This document shows, in pieces, positions 44,395-53,903 of a stretch of 64,000 nt of DNA. Source of the stretch: Candidatus Bathyarchaeota archaeon (GTDB taxonomy: Archaea; Thermoproteota; Bathyarchaeia; 40CM-2-53-6); NCBI GenBank assembly GCA_963833125.1, contig CAWHWX010000001.1, forward strand, positions 32,001 to 96,000. Direction: 5' to 3'. The number at the start of each line of letters is the position of its first letter. The stretch's first letter is position 1. Below the pieces are notes generated by a model that was not told where the DNA came from, did not search any database, and was given only the letters and a program-made list of their open reading frames with translations. The position numbers and the translations under genes were made by a program.

Positions 44395-44733
44395 ATGAAA
44401 ACATTTTGCGGAGCATTCCCACTCCTTCCAGGTAAGACGGAAGCTGGGAAAGAGTTTGCGAAGGCATGCATGGGACCCAGACGCGCCGAATTTGCGGAAT
44501 CACTGAAGACACAAGGCGTAACGAAGGAATCATGGTTCCTACAGAAGACTCCCCAAGGCGACATGGTGATCGTTCACTTTGAAGCCGAGGACGTGGAGAA
44601 GGCTTTCGAAATTTTAGCCACGTCAAAAGACCCGTTTAGGGTATGGTTCAAACAACAAGTGAAATCAGTTACGGGAGTCGACCTAGAACAGCCCAGCGAT
44701 GAGCCACCGCCAGAAGAAATCGTGCACATGTAA
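44395..44733 (+). CDS. Conserved hypothetical protein (dimeric alpha-beta barrel-like)
   Basis: FPLLPGK, GVTKESWFLQ, FRVWFK...VTGVDL; GAAGGTG RBS upstream. Confidence 0.7.
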   Translation: MKTFCGAFPLLPGKTEAGKEFAKACMGPRRAEFAESLKTQGVTKESWFLQKTPQGDMVIVHFEAEDVEKAFEILATSKDPFRVWFKQQVKSVTGVDLEQPSDEPPPEEIVHM

Positions 44734-44948
44734 GCAAGAACCAAGAACGACACGATCCATACTCATTATCTTGAAAAAACTAGGTGAGTATGGGCCACCT
44801 TCAATCGCATTTTCAAAACCCTTCTATCAAGCGGCAACTTCACGTTACCGTCCAATCTCATATCCGCGGTTCTCAGAGAGAAAATAATAGCTTCACTCAA
44901 CTCTCTTGCTTATCTTCACAGGGGGTCTATTGTTCCCGTTGAGTAAAA

Positions 44949-45284
44949 TTGCCACTGAGACCTCTACTCTTGAAGACGCTGGGGAGCGAGGCCCGGTTAA
45001 GGATCCTATTAGTTCTTGCTCGAAGTCGTGGAGAAGATTTGACGATTTACAAGATTGCGAAGTTCAGCGGGTTGGACAGGAAGGTAATACGGAAACATTT
45101 AGGAAAATTAGTTGAAACAAACCTCGTACACATGAAAAGTTACGGCCCAATATCCGTATACAGCATAAACAGTGACAACGGTCCCGTCCAACGAGTAATA
45201 GACCTATTCAACGAAGCACGCCTACTCGCACAAGCACCCTTAGCAACGGTGCAAACAATGCATTGGTACGACATACGTGCATAA
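44949..45284 (+). CDS. Winged-HTH (ArsR-like) regulator
   Basis: LGSEARLRIL, TIYKIAKFSGL.RKVIRKHLGKLVETNLV. Confidence 0.85.
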   Translation: MPLRPLLLKTLGSEARLRILLVLARSRGEDLTIYKIAKFSGLDRKVIRKHLGKLVETNLVHMKSYGPISVYSINSDNGPVQRVIDLFNEARLLAQAPLATVQTMHWYDIRA

Positions 45285-45354
45285 ACCGAAAAACCACTTT
45301 TTGTCATCCAGGGAATCCTACCGGTATCTTTAGAGTATTCCCCAACCTCCCGCA

Positions 45355-45768
45355 ATGGGACCATCATTGACTCTCTGGAAAACACTCTACGCGATGGTCT
45401 GGCTTGCTTTCTTGCAAATCGTTATCATCGTAATGCCGCGCTTCACCCTCTACCTCGTTGACGTGCATGCGCTCCTCGGCGTGGTAATCTTGGCATTGGC
45501 GCACTACAACAATGCGAAGATGAAACATACTGAAGCGCCGAATCGGCTTAAACGGATTACAAAAGCCACGGCTATTTTGGCAACGGTTCAGATAATTCTA
45601 GGGGTAATACTCTACGCTAACCTCAGGATGAACGTGAGCATCCCCCTAGTAGAAGTCATAGTCTTCATTCACATTGTAATAGCATTGGCAATTATAACTC
45701 AGGCCGCGTCGGTTGCGACCGCTTACGATATGTGGGAAGACCACGAATACGAGGCTCCTAAGAAATGA
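45355..45768 (+). CDS. 4-TM membrane protein with His in two helices
   Basis: VHALLG, IHIVIAL; four hydrophobic helices. Confidence 0.75.
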   Translation: MGPSLTLWKTLYAMVWLAFLQIVIIVMPRFTLYLVDVHALLGVVILALAHYNNAKMKHTEAPNRLKRITKATAILATVQIILGVILYANLRMNVSIPLVEVIVFIHIVIALAIITQAASVATAYDMWEDHEYEAPKK

Positions 45769-45908
45769 AACTGAGCAGGTTCAGATCCGCATAGAGATTC
45801 CAGAATTCATCTGGGAGCTGAAGTTCGATCCACGCACATTTTGTGACCTATGATTGGTGAGTCGCATTCAAATGCGATTCAGGATAGCTTGGAAGAGGTT
45901 TTGTTCCC

Positions 45909-46802
45909 ATGAGACATAGAATTGGTGTTATCGGTGCTCCGCTCTGTGATGGTGAGCGCGAATTTGGCGTTGAGAATGCCCCTAGGGCGCTTCGTGATGC
46001 TGGCGTCCTCGAGAGTCTGAAGACGCGCTCGGAGGGTAGGGACTTTGGAAACGTCCCGCTCAAAACGCCTCTGAAGGATGAGTTCACAGGGAAAGCCCGA
46101 AACTTGAGGTCGGTTATTGAGAGTTGTCAAGCAATAAAACGCATGGTTTCTCAGCTTGTCAGCAGGGAATATTTCCCCTTGGTAATTGGCGGCGATTGCA
46201 CCCTCGTTCCAGCCGTACTGGCTGGTATTGTATCAGCAGATCATGACATTAGCGTAATTTACTTGGACGGGCATCCAGATTTTCATACTCCCGACACCAC
46301 AAGGTCTGGTTATTTCTCAGGTATGGCTCTAGCTATTACTGTGGGTTCTGGGCCTGACGAATTAACGCACATGGGCAGCCGATTCCCTATCGTTAACCCT
46401 CAGAATGTTCTGCTCGCAGGCCCTCGTGTGGGAAACATAGATCCATCTGAAACTGATGATCTAGCCAAAGTGGGTGTCAGAACGCTCATTCTGGAAAGCC
46501 AGGGAGCTGACAATTTCAGGAGCGAATTAAAACGCCTAGCTGAACAAATTCAGGGACCAGTATACTTGCACTTCGATTGTGATGTAATGAACTCTCAAGA
46601 CATGCCTTCGCTGGCAGGTATGAAGGCTAAGGTTCATTCTTCTGGCGGACTTACCCTCGAAGAAGCATTGTCCGTTTGCAAGGTTTTGTCTGATCTGCCG
46701 CTTGTGGGAATGGACGTTACACTCTACGATCCAACCGCAGACACAGGCGGTATGTGCGCTAAGAAAATTATCAGGCTGTTGGAAAATGTGCTTGTCCCTT
46801 AG
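45909..46802 (+). CDS. Arginase/ureohydrolase family protein
   Basis: GGDCT, DGHPDFH, SGM, HFDCDV, GGLT. Confidence 0.9.
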   Translation: MRHRIGVIGAPLCDGEREFGVENAPRALRDAGVLESLKTRSEGRDFGNVPLKTPLKDEFTGKARNLRSVIESCQAIKRMVSQLVSREYFPLVIGGDCTLVPAVLAGIVSADHDISVIYLDGHPDFHTPDTTRSGYFSGMALAITVGSGPDELTHMGSRFPIVNPQNVLLAGPRVGNIDPSETDDLAKVGVRTLILESQGADNFRSELKRLAEQIQGPVYLHFDCDVMNSQDMPSLAGMKAKVHSSGGLTLEEALSVCKVLSDLPLVGMDVTLYDPTADTGGMCAKKIIRLLENVLVP

Positions 46803-46893
46803 CCTCTAGATTCGCTGACAATTAGTTGAGTGCGCCTGTTCTGTTTTGTTTTTTACAAAGGTGAGCCAACCCAGCTCCCGCTGCGTTAGTATC

Positions 46894-47220
46894 ATGGGCG
46901 GCCGTATTCACCAGGCTACTCTCGGAAACATGCGAGAGCTTCTAAAAAGCGAAAAACCGGTCGTTGTGGATTTTTGGGCTACCTGGTGCGCCCCCTGCCA
47001 CGTCATGACACCGATCCTTAGAGACATGGCTAAGAGATTTGAAGACCGGATAGTCTTCGCGAAAGTGGACACTCAGTACAGCAGGGACTTGGCCCAGCAA
47101 TTTGGAGTCAAAAGCATCCCAACCCTCATCCTCTTCAAGAACGGAAAAGAGTGGGACCGATTGACTGGGGTTAGGAGCCGGTCGGAACTTAACAAGCTTC
47201 TAGAGAAACTATCTTCCTGA
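46894..47220 (+). CDS. trxA: Thioredoxin
   Basis: VDFWATWCAPC, SIPTL. Confidence 0.93.
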   Translation: MGGRIHQATLGNMRELLKSEKPVVVDFWATWCAPCHVMTPILRDMAKRFEDRIVFAKVDTQYSRDLAQQFGVKSIPTLILFKNGKEWDRLTGVRSRSELNKLLEKLSS

Positions 47221-47289
47221 GGCTAATTTAATGGCTCTGAGGATCAAGAGAATAATTAGTCTCTCTAAGTGAATCATAGCTGAAGAGTT

Positions 47290-47523
47290 ATGGCTGCGGT
47301 TCGTCCGGAACAGATGCTGAAGATCCTTGAGGTAACGGATTCACTGAATATGCATCGGGAATCAGTCACGATTCCACTCTCGACCGAAGGTGAAGGTAGC
47401 GTTACGATTCTTCCCGACCGGCGCGTACGAATCGTAGTTCCGAGTAACAAGCCATTCGAGGACTGGCTCACCGAGCTACGAGCTCAGTTGTCGAGGATGG
47501 ATCTGCCAACCTCACAGGAGTAA
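47290..47523 (+). CDS. Small conserved hypothetical protein
   Basis: 77-aa ORF with globular pattern IPL...G.V......VRIVVP....FEDWL. Confidence 0.65.
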   Translation: MAAVRPEQMLKILEVTDSLNMHRESVTIPLSTEGEGSVTILPDRRVRIVVPSNKPFEDWLTELRAQLSRMDLPTSQE

Positions 47524-47529
47524 GCTAAC

Positions 47530-48618
47530 TCACTTGTTCGGGTTGGCCCAGCGTAGTATGCTCTCTTGCTCCGAGTCTAGGCCTATCAGGGTCGATACTC
47601 GTACGCCGACGAGGCGGATCTTGCGGGGTGGATTCTCGAATTCTCGGAAGAGTTGTTTTACGTATTCCTCGATGATGGATTTTTCGTTTGTGTACCTCGT
47701 ATGGGTTCTTGCTCGGGTGAAGGTTTCGAAGTCTTCTAGCCTAACCTTGATGCCGATGGTTCGGAAGAGCATTCTTTGAGATTGAACTCGGGCGTGTACG
47801 TCTTGGATGAGGGAGTCAAAAGCCTGCATGACCTTTGTCTTGTCGATCACGTCTTCGTCAAAGGTGGTTTCTGAGCTGATGGATTTGATCGCTGATGATG
47901 TGATGACCTCTTCTTCGTCTATTCCATTCGCTATTTGCCAGATTCTCATCCCATATTTTCCGAAAATCTCAGTCAACCTGCTGGGATGCGTGGAAGCCAG
48001 TTGGCCGATAGTTACGATCCCTGTTTGAGTCAGTACCTCTGAGCTCTTCTTGCCGACTCCACTGATCTTTGTTACGGGCAGAGGGTCTAGGAATTCTCGG
48101 ATTTTCTGTGGCGGAACGCTGGTTAAGCCGTCTGGTTTCTTGAAGTCGGAGGCAATTTTCGCGATGGCTTTGTTCGGGGCGATGCCTATGGAGCAGGTGA
48201 GTTTTGCTTTCTCACGTATTTCCCGCTTGATCGTTTCGGCCAGTGCGGCGGCTTCTTCGAAACTGGATACTTTGTCAGTTATGTCTAGGAAGGCTTCGTC
48301 GATGCTCATTTGTTCAAGTTTCTCTGAGAAAGCTCGAAGCAGTCCGATAATCTGCTCCGAAGCCTGTTCGTATCGAGTGAAGTTGGGGTGTAGGTAGACG
48401 CCGTTTGGGCAAAGCCTGTAAGCGATGGAGATGGGCAGTGCGGAATGTACTCCAAGTTTGCGTGCCTCGTAGGAGCAGCCCATCACAACTCCTCGCCCTT
48501 TTCCTTCCCTTGGGTCCGCGCCGACAATCACGGGTTTCCCAATGAGGGTCGGGTTCTCGCGCTGCTCAACTGAGGAGTAGAATGCATCCATATCGATATG
48601 CAATATGACCCGAGGCAA
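47530..48618 (-). CDS. dinB: DNA polymerase IV (Y family)
   Basis: HIDMDAFY, SYEAR, SIDEAFLD, KIASDFKKPDG, little-finger domain. Confidence 0.95.
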   Translation of the reverse strand: MPRVILHIDMDAFYSSVEQRENPTLIGKPVIVGADPREGKGRGVVMGCSYEARKLGVHSALPISIAYRLCPNGVYLHPNFTRYEQASEQIIGLLRAFSEKLEQMSIDEAFLDITDKVSSFEEAAALAETIKREIREKAKLTCSIGIAPNKAIAKIASDFKKPDGLTSVPPQKIREFLDPLPVTKISGVGKKSSEVLTQTGIVTIGQLASTHPSRLTEIFGKYGMRIWQIANGIDEEEVITSSAIKSISSETTFDEDVIDKTKVMQAFDSLIQDVHARVQSQRMLFRTIGIKVRLEDFETFTRARTHTRYTNEKSIIEEYVKQLFREFENPPRKIRLVGVRVSTLIGLDSEQESILRWANPNK

Positions 48619-48774
48619 GGCCTTAGGTTTCGGCTGGTTTCGTCGTTATTCAAGTTTGAGGAGTCTTCTGCGTTACCAGTTATATTCTATTATTTTCAGT
48701 TTCCTAGCTTTCAGTGGCCTGTCAGCTCAGAGTACAACTTGGATCAGCACAGAAGGAGCTACTCACATGAAACC

Positions 48775-49704
48775 TTACCGAGCCACTGCCATTTCCTGCT
48801 CGGCCATGGCTGTGAGCTCCTTTAGTTCAGCTGCGAGACCCTTTCTGATTGCCTGGTCCAGAGGGTAATATGGTGCTCTCGGCGGACCAGCCTTGAAGCC
48901 GCCCAGTTCTGCGCATGCTTTCAACCACGCCACCTCGTTTTCAGCTGTAATGTTCCTGAATAGTTCCGTGAACTTGACATGGAACGGAACGGCTCTTTCG
49001 AGATCCCGCTTCATGCAAGCGTTGAAGAATGCTAGAGTTCCTTTTGGCGTTCCAGGACCCACTACAGACACAATGCTGTTGGCACCAACCATTGCGTCCC
49101 CCAGGAGCCAATTCTCTCCTCCTGAGAACACATTGATACGACTAGAAATGTGACTGACCACCCGTGTCCTGTGAACGACTTCTCCATTAGATTCCTTCAC
49201 AGCTTTGATCCTCTCAAGCTCCATCAGCCTGTCCCAAAATTCAGGCGTCATATTGAAACGGAAGGAGGATGGATTGTTGTAAACCATTATCTGAATCTCA
49301 TCTACGGCATCGTTCACTTGGCGATAATGCTCATAGGCGGCCTCGAAAGTGCAGGGAATCAGATACGGCGAACCTATCATAACCCCATCGCCGCCCGCAT
49401 CTTCGACATATTTCGTACGCCTTATGCACTCAGCAGTATTGTGGAATGTAGTTCCGAAAACGCATGCAATCTTCTGAGTGACATCGACTGCGGTGTCCAC
49501 AACTTTTCTGAACTCTTCGTCGCTTGGAGCATAAAATTCGCCCATGCATCCAAAAGCCAAGTAACCTTGAAACCCTGCCTCCTCATAAGCAGTAATGTTG
49601 CTCTTGAGGCCATCCAAGTCGAGATCTTGGTTATTCTTGACGACAAACGGCATCAATGGAAAAACTCCTTTCAGGGCTTTTCGTGGCATTTTCTCTTGTC
49701 TCAC
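48775..49704 (-). CDS. DapA/DHDPS-family class I aldolase, divergent
   Basis: GCMGE (for GTTGE), MVYNNP, Schiff-base VKES, GPPRAPY. Confidence 0.88.
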   Translation of the reverse strand: MRQEKMPRKALKGVFPLMPFVVKNNQDLDLDGLKSNITAYEEAGFQGYLAFGCMGEFYAPSDEEFRKVVDTAVDVTQKIACVFGTTFHNTAECIRRTKYVEDAGGDGVMIGSPYLIPCTFEAAYEHYRQVNDAVDEIQIMVYNNPSSFRFNMTPEFWDRLMELERIKAVKESNGEVVHRTRVVSHISSRINVFSGGENWLLGDAMVGANSIVSVVGPGTPKGTLAFFNACMKRDLERAVPFHVKFTELFRNITAENEVAWLKACAELGGFKAGPPRAPYYPLDQAIRKGLAAELKELTAMAEQEMAVAR

Positions 49705-49749
49705 ATGATTGGAATCTAGCTGTGTCTGTTATAGAACTTGCAGTTTATA

Positions 49750-49795
49750 GTACCGGTAAGTTGGGGTCAGAATCCCCTACACCCTCTCTGATCTT
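49750..49795 (+). repeat. Dispersed repeat copy R1 (TACCGGTA box + GGGG-TCAGAAT-CCCC)
   Basis: gtaccggtaagttggggtcagaatcccc...tctgatctt. Confidence 0.75.
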
Positions 49796-49924
49796 ATTCG
49801 GCTCTGTACTAATACTGAAAATGTATGCAAGCATTGCCAGTTCCAGTGACAATTCATCCTACTGGTGCGGGCAGACCGGTTCATCTTCTAATTAGGAATT
49901 CCTTGACGATCGCAGAACGATTGC

Positions 49925-50995
49925 TCAGGTTACTAACACGGTTGTTGCGGTCACGGTATTGTAGCCGTATCCGTACGCATTCCATACGGGTTCGACTGGT
50001 TGCCGAGCGCCGCTTCTATCATATGCCCGAGACATCAGAGCAAATCTTCCGGGTTTCTCCGGGGTCCAAGTTACTGACCAACGCCGCCATGCATAGGAAT
50101 TAGGCGCAATTTCGGATAATTCGGCGGTTTTCCATTCCGAATTGTGAGTTTTGAATTCGACCTTCGTTATTTGGCCGTAGCCCGACCATGCAACGCCCTT
50201 AACACTGCATGATCTGCCGCGCTTGAGAATCGCTTCTTCAGCAGGTTTTAGGATTAAGGATTTGACCCGAATCCGGTCCACCCCATGGTGCAGCCCTTCG
50301 GGCGGATCGTTGTAGACATATCTCTCATTCTGGAAATATCCTTGAAACGGTTCGGTTAGGACACGTACTTCAGTGAGCCACTTCACTGAAGCCATACCGT
50401 ACCATCCAGGCACGATTAGCCTCGCTGGGGCTCCGTGGATCCTCGAGATTGGTCTCTCATTCATTTTGTACGCCAATACTACGTCTTCATGGAGCGCCTC
50501 AGATAACGAGAGGCTTCTCTCAAACGATAATTCGCGACCGGCCTCTACACCCATGTCCGCACCTTTAAAGAGAAGTTCAACTGCGCTGTCTTTTGGCCCG
50601 GCTTTCTCCAATACATCCTTCAATGGCACACCGGTCCACGAGGCAGTGGCTACGGCGCAATCGCCCCAAGGGGTGCTGGGGGGAATGGGGTGCATCCGTG
50701 TCCGGCCATTACCCGCGCACTCAAGCGTAACAACCAGAGTTTTCTCACGCATTCGTGTGATTTCGCTTAGCGGCAGGGCTAGATGATTTTTTACCGCGCC
50801 GATTACACGCAATCTCCATGTCTTAGGATCGATTGTGGGCACTGAGAAATGATTCCGAACATAGAAGGAGCCGCTGGGTGTTATATTTCTACGAAGTAGA
50901 ATCTCTCGCGGAGTTTCAGCATTATAGGGTTCCGTCTCGACAAGGATCGGACGAGCCCCTGCTATTTGTCTGGAACCTTCTTTCAAGTTGCTCAT
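49925..50995 (-). CDS. Sulfite oxidase family molybdoenzyme
   Basis: NAETP, FYVRNH, LECAGN (Mo-Cys), HGAPARLIVPGWYGMASVKWL, dimerisation domain. Confidence 0.93.
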   Translation of the reverse strand: MSNLKEGSRQIAGARPILVETEPYNAETPREILLRRNITPSGSFYVRNHFSVPTIDPKTWRLRVIGAVKNHLALPLSEITRMREKTLVVTLECAGNGRTRMHPIPPSTPWGDCAVATASWTGVPLKDVLEKAGPKDSAVELLFKGADMGVEAGRELSFERSLSLSEALHEDVVLAYKMNERPISRIHGAPARLIVPGWYGMASVKWLTEVRVLTEPFQGYFQNERYVYNDPPEGLHHGVDRIRVKSLILKPAEEAILKRGRSCSVKGVAWSGYGQITKVEFKTHNSEWKTAELSEIAPNSYAWRRWSVTWTPEKPGRFALMSRAYDRSGARQPVEPVWNAYGYGYNTVTATTVLVT

Positions 50996-51068
50996 CTACG
51001 TTCTAATTTGCACGGAATACTTGAGACTCTCTTCAAGGAACGAAGAGCTTGAAATACGATTAATTCGT

Positions 51069-51218
51069 TCAGCGTTTGCGTTCTAGCGCTTTCATTCGGC
51101 GTTCTAGTTCTTCGATGCGTCTCGTGAGACCGTGGATGGCTTTGTGATGACCGTAACTGTGATCCACGAGATCGTTGAGGAGCTTCTTCAACTCTCGAGC
51201 GGTTTTTTCTTCCACCAA
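51069..51218 (-). CDS. Unlisted 49-aa His-rich coiled-coil protein
   Basis: TTG-started frame MVEEKTARELKKLLNDLVDHSYGHHKAIHGLTRRIEELERRMKALERKR; clean heptad pattern, more protein-like than the overlapping 50992..51228 ORF. Confidence 0.65.
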   Translation of the reverse strand: MVEEKTARELKKLLNDLVDHSYGHHKAIHGLTRRIEELERRMKALERKR

Positions 51219-51468
51219 ATCCCATCATCCATTAATGGTTATCATGGTTATTTATGGGTAATTTGAGTCAGGTAATTTTGTGTGAGGGTCTACTGGATGT
51301 AGTTTAGGACCGTACCCAATCCGTTGTGGCCTTAGCCGTTCTCGAGTTACAATTTCCACTAAGTAGAAATGAGGCATAATTACCCTTTACGACTGTCTCT
51401 CCCAGTTACCTTAAATACTTAGTCGGCATATATACTCATTCTAGATGAGTTCTGGAGGTGTTTTGAGG

Positions 51469-51549
51469 ATGGCTAAGAGTCGCAAAGTTAAGATGAAGTT
51501 AGGTACTGAGCACGACAAGAACGTTAAGCAAGAGGAAATGGTAGCTTAA
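51469..51549 (+). CDS. Unlisted 26-aa peptide MAKSRKVKMKLGTEHDKNVKQEEMVA
   Basis: TTAAATA box near 51411, GGAGGTG RBS 8 nt before the ATG, terminator-like hairpin downstream. Confidence 0.5.
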   Translation: MAKSRKVKMKLGTEHDKNVKQEEMVA

Positions 51550-51561
51550 GGCTACAAAAGC

Positions 51562-51594
51562 GGGTGGATGTGTCCACCCCAATTTTCTTTCTTC
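51562..51594 (+). terminator. Hairpin GGGTGGA-TGTG-TCCACCC followed by a T-rich tract
   Basis: Perfect 7-bp stem, then aattttctttcttc. Confidence 0.55.
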
Positions 51595-51759
51595 ATTATC
51601 TAAACAATCCTTCAGACATTCCGGTCACTGCCAAAGGCGAATGGTTGACTCTGACTCAGAACGCTAAGAAACCGACTGAGCATGACCCTGGAAATACATA
51701 GGAAAAAGTGATTTGAGGGTGTGAATCTGGCGTTCAAGTGTAACTTTACGGGATCATGA

Positions 51760-52308
51760 TTAGATCATTATGGCGGCTGCGATTGCTGTCGTCCAGAGTC
51801 CGTCTTTGTTGCCTTCTGCCGATTGGCAGATGTTTCTTGTGGTGACCCTCATGCCTGATATGTTCCATATCTCTTGCTTAATGTCCCAAGCATTTTCAAC
51901 ATCAAACGACACGCCATGTGTCGAGGCGAGCATTGAAGCAGCCAGATCTTCGGCGTAGTCACCAGCTTTCTCCTGCGTCTGACCATACGAAGTGTGTTCA
52001 GACAGGTAACCGTACACCGCTCTTTCGTACGGTAAAGCCATCCCTATAGCCGCAGCCATCAGCCTGTTCGGCTCATTCGTATCAATCCGGCTCATCACAC
52101 AGAATAGTATTTGACCGGGTTTCAGAAGTGGCAAGATCTCGTGCCTCGACAGTACGTTGCAATTGGGAGGTACGATGCTTGACACATAGACTAGGTTACA
52201 GAAGGCTATGCCTGCATCGCGAAGAGCCAATTCGAAACTTGCCAGTCTTTCTTTGTGGGTACCGACGCCCTTTGTGAGAAATATTTTCTCAGGGATGTTT
52301 ACGTTCAT
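51760..52308 (-). CDS. pdaD: Pyruvoyl-dependent arginine decarboxylase
   Basis: SFELALRDAGI..NLVYVSSIVPP (Ser-Ser cleavage site), YGYLSEH, YAEDLAASML. Confidence 0.93.
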   Translation of the reverse strand: MNVNIPEKIFLTKGVGTHKERLASFELALRDAGIAFCNLVYVSSIVPPNCNVLSRHEILPLLKPGQILFCVMSRIDTNEPNRLMAAAIGMALPYERAVYGYLSEHTSYGQTQEKAGDYAEDLAASMLASTHGVSFDVENAWDIKQEIWNISGMRVTTRNICQSAEGNKDGLWTTAIAAAIMI

Positions 52309-52473
52309 CTAGGATACGATCAACAACGTTTCGTGGGCATTTTTCAAGATTACCATTTTGCAGGTTCAATGATGCGTGGCCGAGAGCGGGTAATGCGAAC
52401 GGTAGAAAACCGATGCCCGAGGATGGACCCGGGACGGAATTCTGCCTGTAGGTGTTAATGCGTTGAGGGTTTT

Positions 52474-52800
52474 CTAGATGAAGTGAAGTATTAGACCCAG
52501 CAAGCCGCCTAACAGCACTAGGATACCTCCAATGCCTCCGCCGAGAAAACCAACGACGATTAGAACAATCGCCCATATGGGTTCAAGGACACGTTTGGCT
52601 AGGATAATTGCTACTATCCCCAGAATCAGGGGGACGAAAGCGAAGCCAAATGTCATTCCTAGCAGCGGGACGCTGAAGGGGAGTGAAATGGCATGTCCGA
52701 TAAGTGCCAGGAGGGTCAAGACTACGAGTATAATGCCGCCAATGAGGACGAGGTAATAGGCTGCCTTATCCAATCCGTGTTGTTTAACCAAGTTTCTCAA
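52474..52800 (-). CDS. Small Gly/Leu-rich membrane protein
   Basis: 4 hydrophobic helices; GGGIGGILVLLGGLLGL. Confidence 0.75.
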   Translation of the reverse strand: MRNLVKQHGLDKAAYYLVLIGGIILVVLTLLALIGHAISLPFSVPLLGMTFGFAFVPLILGIVAIILAKRVLEPIWAIVLIVVGFLGGGIGGILVLLGGLLGLILHFI

Positions 52801-52980
52801 TCGAGGTTGTTATACCAGCTACTAGATAGCGTTATCTATGCTTCTCTGCGGCGACGTTGCGCGACGTTGATCTGCATCTTGGGTACACACGACTAATTCT
52901 TGTCGGTTATCGGGAGGTATCTGATGCGAGACCTAGAAAATACGCAAACCAAACTCACGGCCGGATCTTAGGGCTGAGAT

Positions 52981-53014
52981 GTACCGGTAAATTGGGGTCG
53001 GAACTCCCTGACCC
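52981..53014 (+). repeat. Dispersed repeat copy R2
   Basis: gtaccggtaaattggggtcggaactccctgaccc. Confidence 0.75.
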
Positions 53015-53062
53015 ATCTTGGAAGTCAGGTAGCCGATGATTTTTGTGAAGACGAAAAAAGGG

Positions 53063-53389
53063 CTAGGGCCAGAACCGTCTAGAATTTAGCAGGACTGGCC
53101 AGAGAGAGTTGGGTAGCATGTTACCGTAGCGATCAAACGCATATGATGCTGAAGGCATCTGTTTTTTTCTTAATTGGTATAGAACCGAGACAGGCATCGC
53201 GTCATTTACTTGCGGGTGCAGTTCAGTCGCATCTTGAATACGAAAGAGTTCAATGAACGGTGCTTGTTGTTCAGCGAACGTTCCAGCCTCTCTTCTTGTC
53301 GGGAAACGAGCTATGTTGAATGGCTGCTTTATGTCGATCATATTGCTTCGTAGGATATTTGGGTGATTCTGACCTAAAACCGTTGGCAT
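53063..53389 (-). CDS. Hypothetical protein between repeats R2 and R3
   Basis: 108-aa ATG-started ORF; no motif recognised. Confidence 0.55.
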   Translation of the reverse strand: MPTVLGQNHPNILRSNMIDIKQPFNIARFPTRREAGTFAEQQAPFIELFRIQDATELHPQVNDAMPVSVLYQLRKKQMPSASYAFDRYGNMLPNSLWPVLLNSRRFWP

Positions 53390-53471
53390 TCATCTTTATG
53401 CCATGATGCGACTATGGAACCCATTGTTCAGGCGTTGTTCAGGTATCCCTTGCTATTGTTACTCGGATGAC

Positions 53472-53498
53472 CGGGGTGAGAATCCCCGTCTCTGATTT
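53472..53498 (+). repeat. Dispersed repeat copy R3 (hairpin only)
   Basis: cggggtgagaatccccgtctctgattt: 5-bp stem, 7-nt loop, shares the tctctga tail with R1 and R4. Confidence 0.6.
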
Positions 53499-53783
53499 CG
53501 GGCTCAGTGCGAAAGGAGCTATTACTCGGAGTAGAAACTTGATTTTCTTACCCTGATGTTACAGAATGGGCACGTTGGCTGATATTCAGTGAAATTACTC
53601 TTGCATTTAGGACAATACCAAGCCATAGGAAGCACCCTTTCACTAATCTCTGAAGAACATACCTGAGTACTAGCCCTGCAAAGTGCCTACTACCGCAGAA
53701 ATGTCCGCTAGAACATCAGTAATACTCACATTGATGGGCAAAAAGTCCACTGAGAGTCAGAAAGCACGGTGCGCAGCGTATAC

Positions 53784-53895
53784 GTACCCGTAAATTGGGT
53801 GGTCAGAACCCCCATCGCCGGAAGGAGATTTGCTACGAGTAAGAGGGAGGCGCGCACCCAAACAGGTTCAAGCCCCTCCGTCTCTGACCCTGATC
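53784..53895 (+). repeat. Dispersed repeat copy R4 (extended)
   Basis: gtacccgtaaattgggtggtcagaaccccc ... cccctccgtctctgaccc; ggtcaga/tctgacc can pair. Confidence 0.7.
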
Positions 53896-53903
53896 GAGTT
53901 AAG

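Noticed and set aside
45311-45345. TACCGGTA box as another repeat copy (similar partial matches near 51253 and 57925)
   Set aside because: Lacks the downstream GGGG-7nt-CCCC hairpin at the right spacing.
50992-51228. 78-aa Arg/Ser-rich ORF in the track
   Set aside because: Likely a shadow of the 49-aa coiled-coil frame.
53820-53895. tRNA gene (GGTTCAAGCCC)
   Set aside because: No cloverleaf, D-arm or acceptor-stem pairing could be built.
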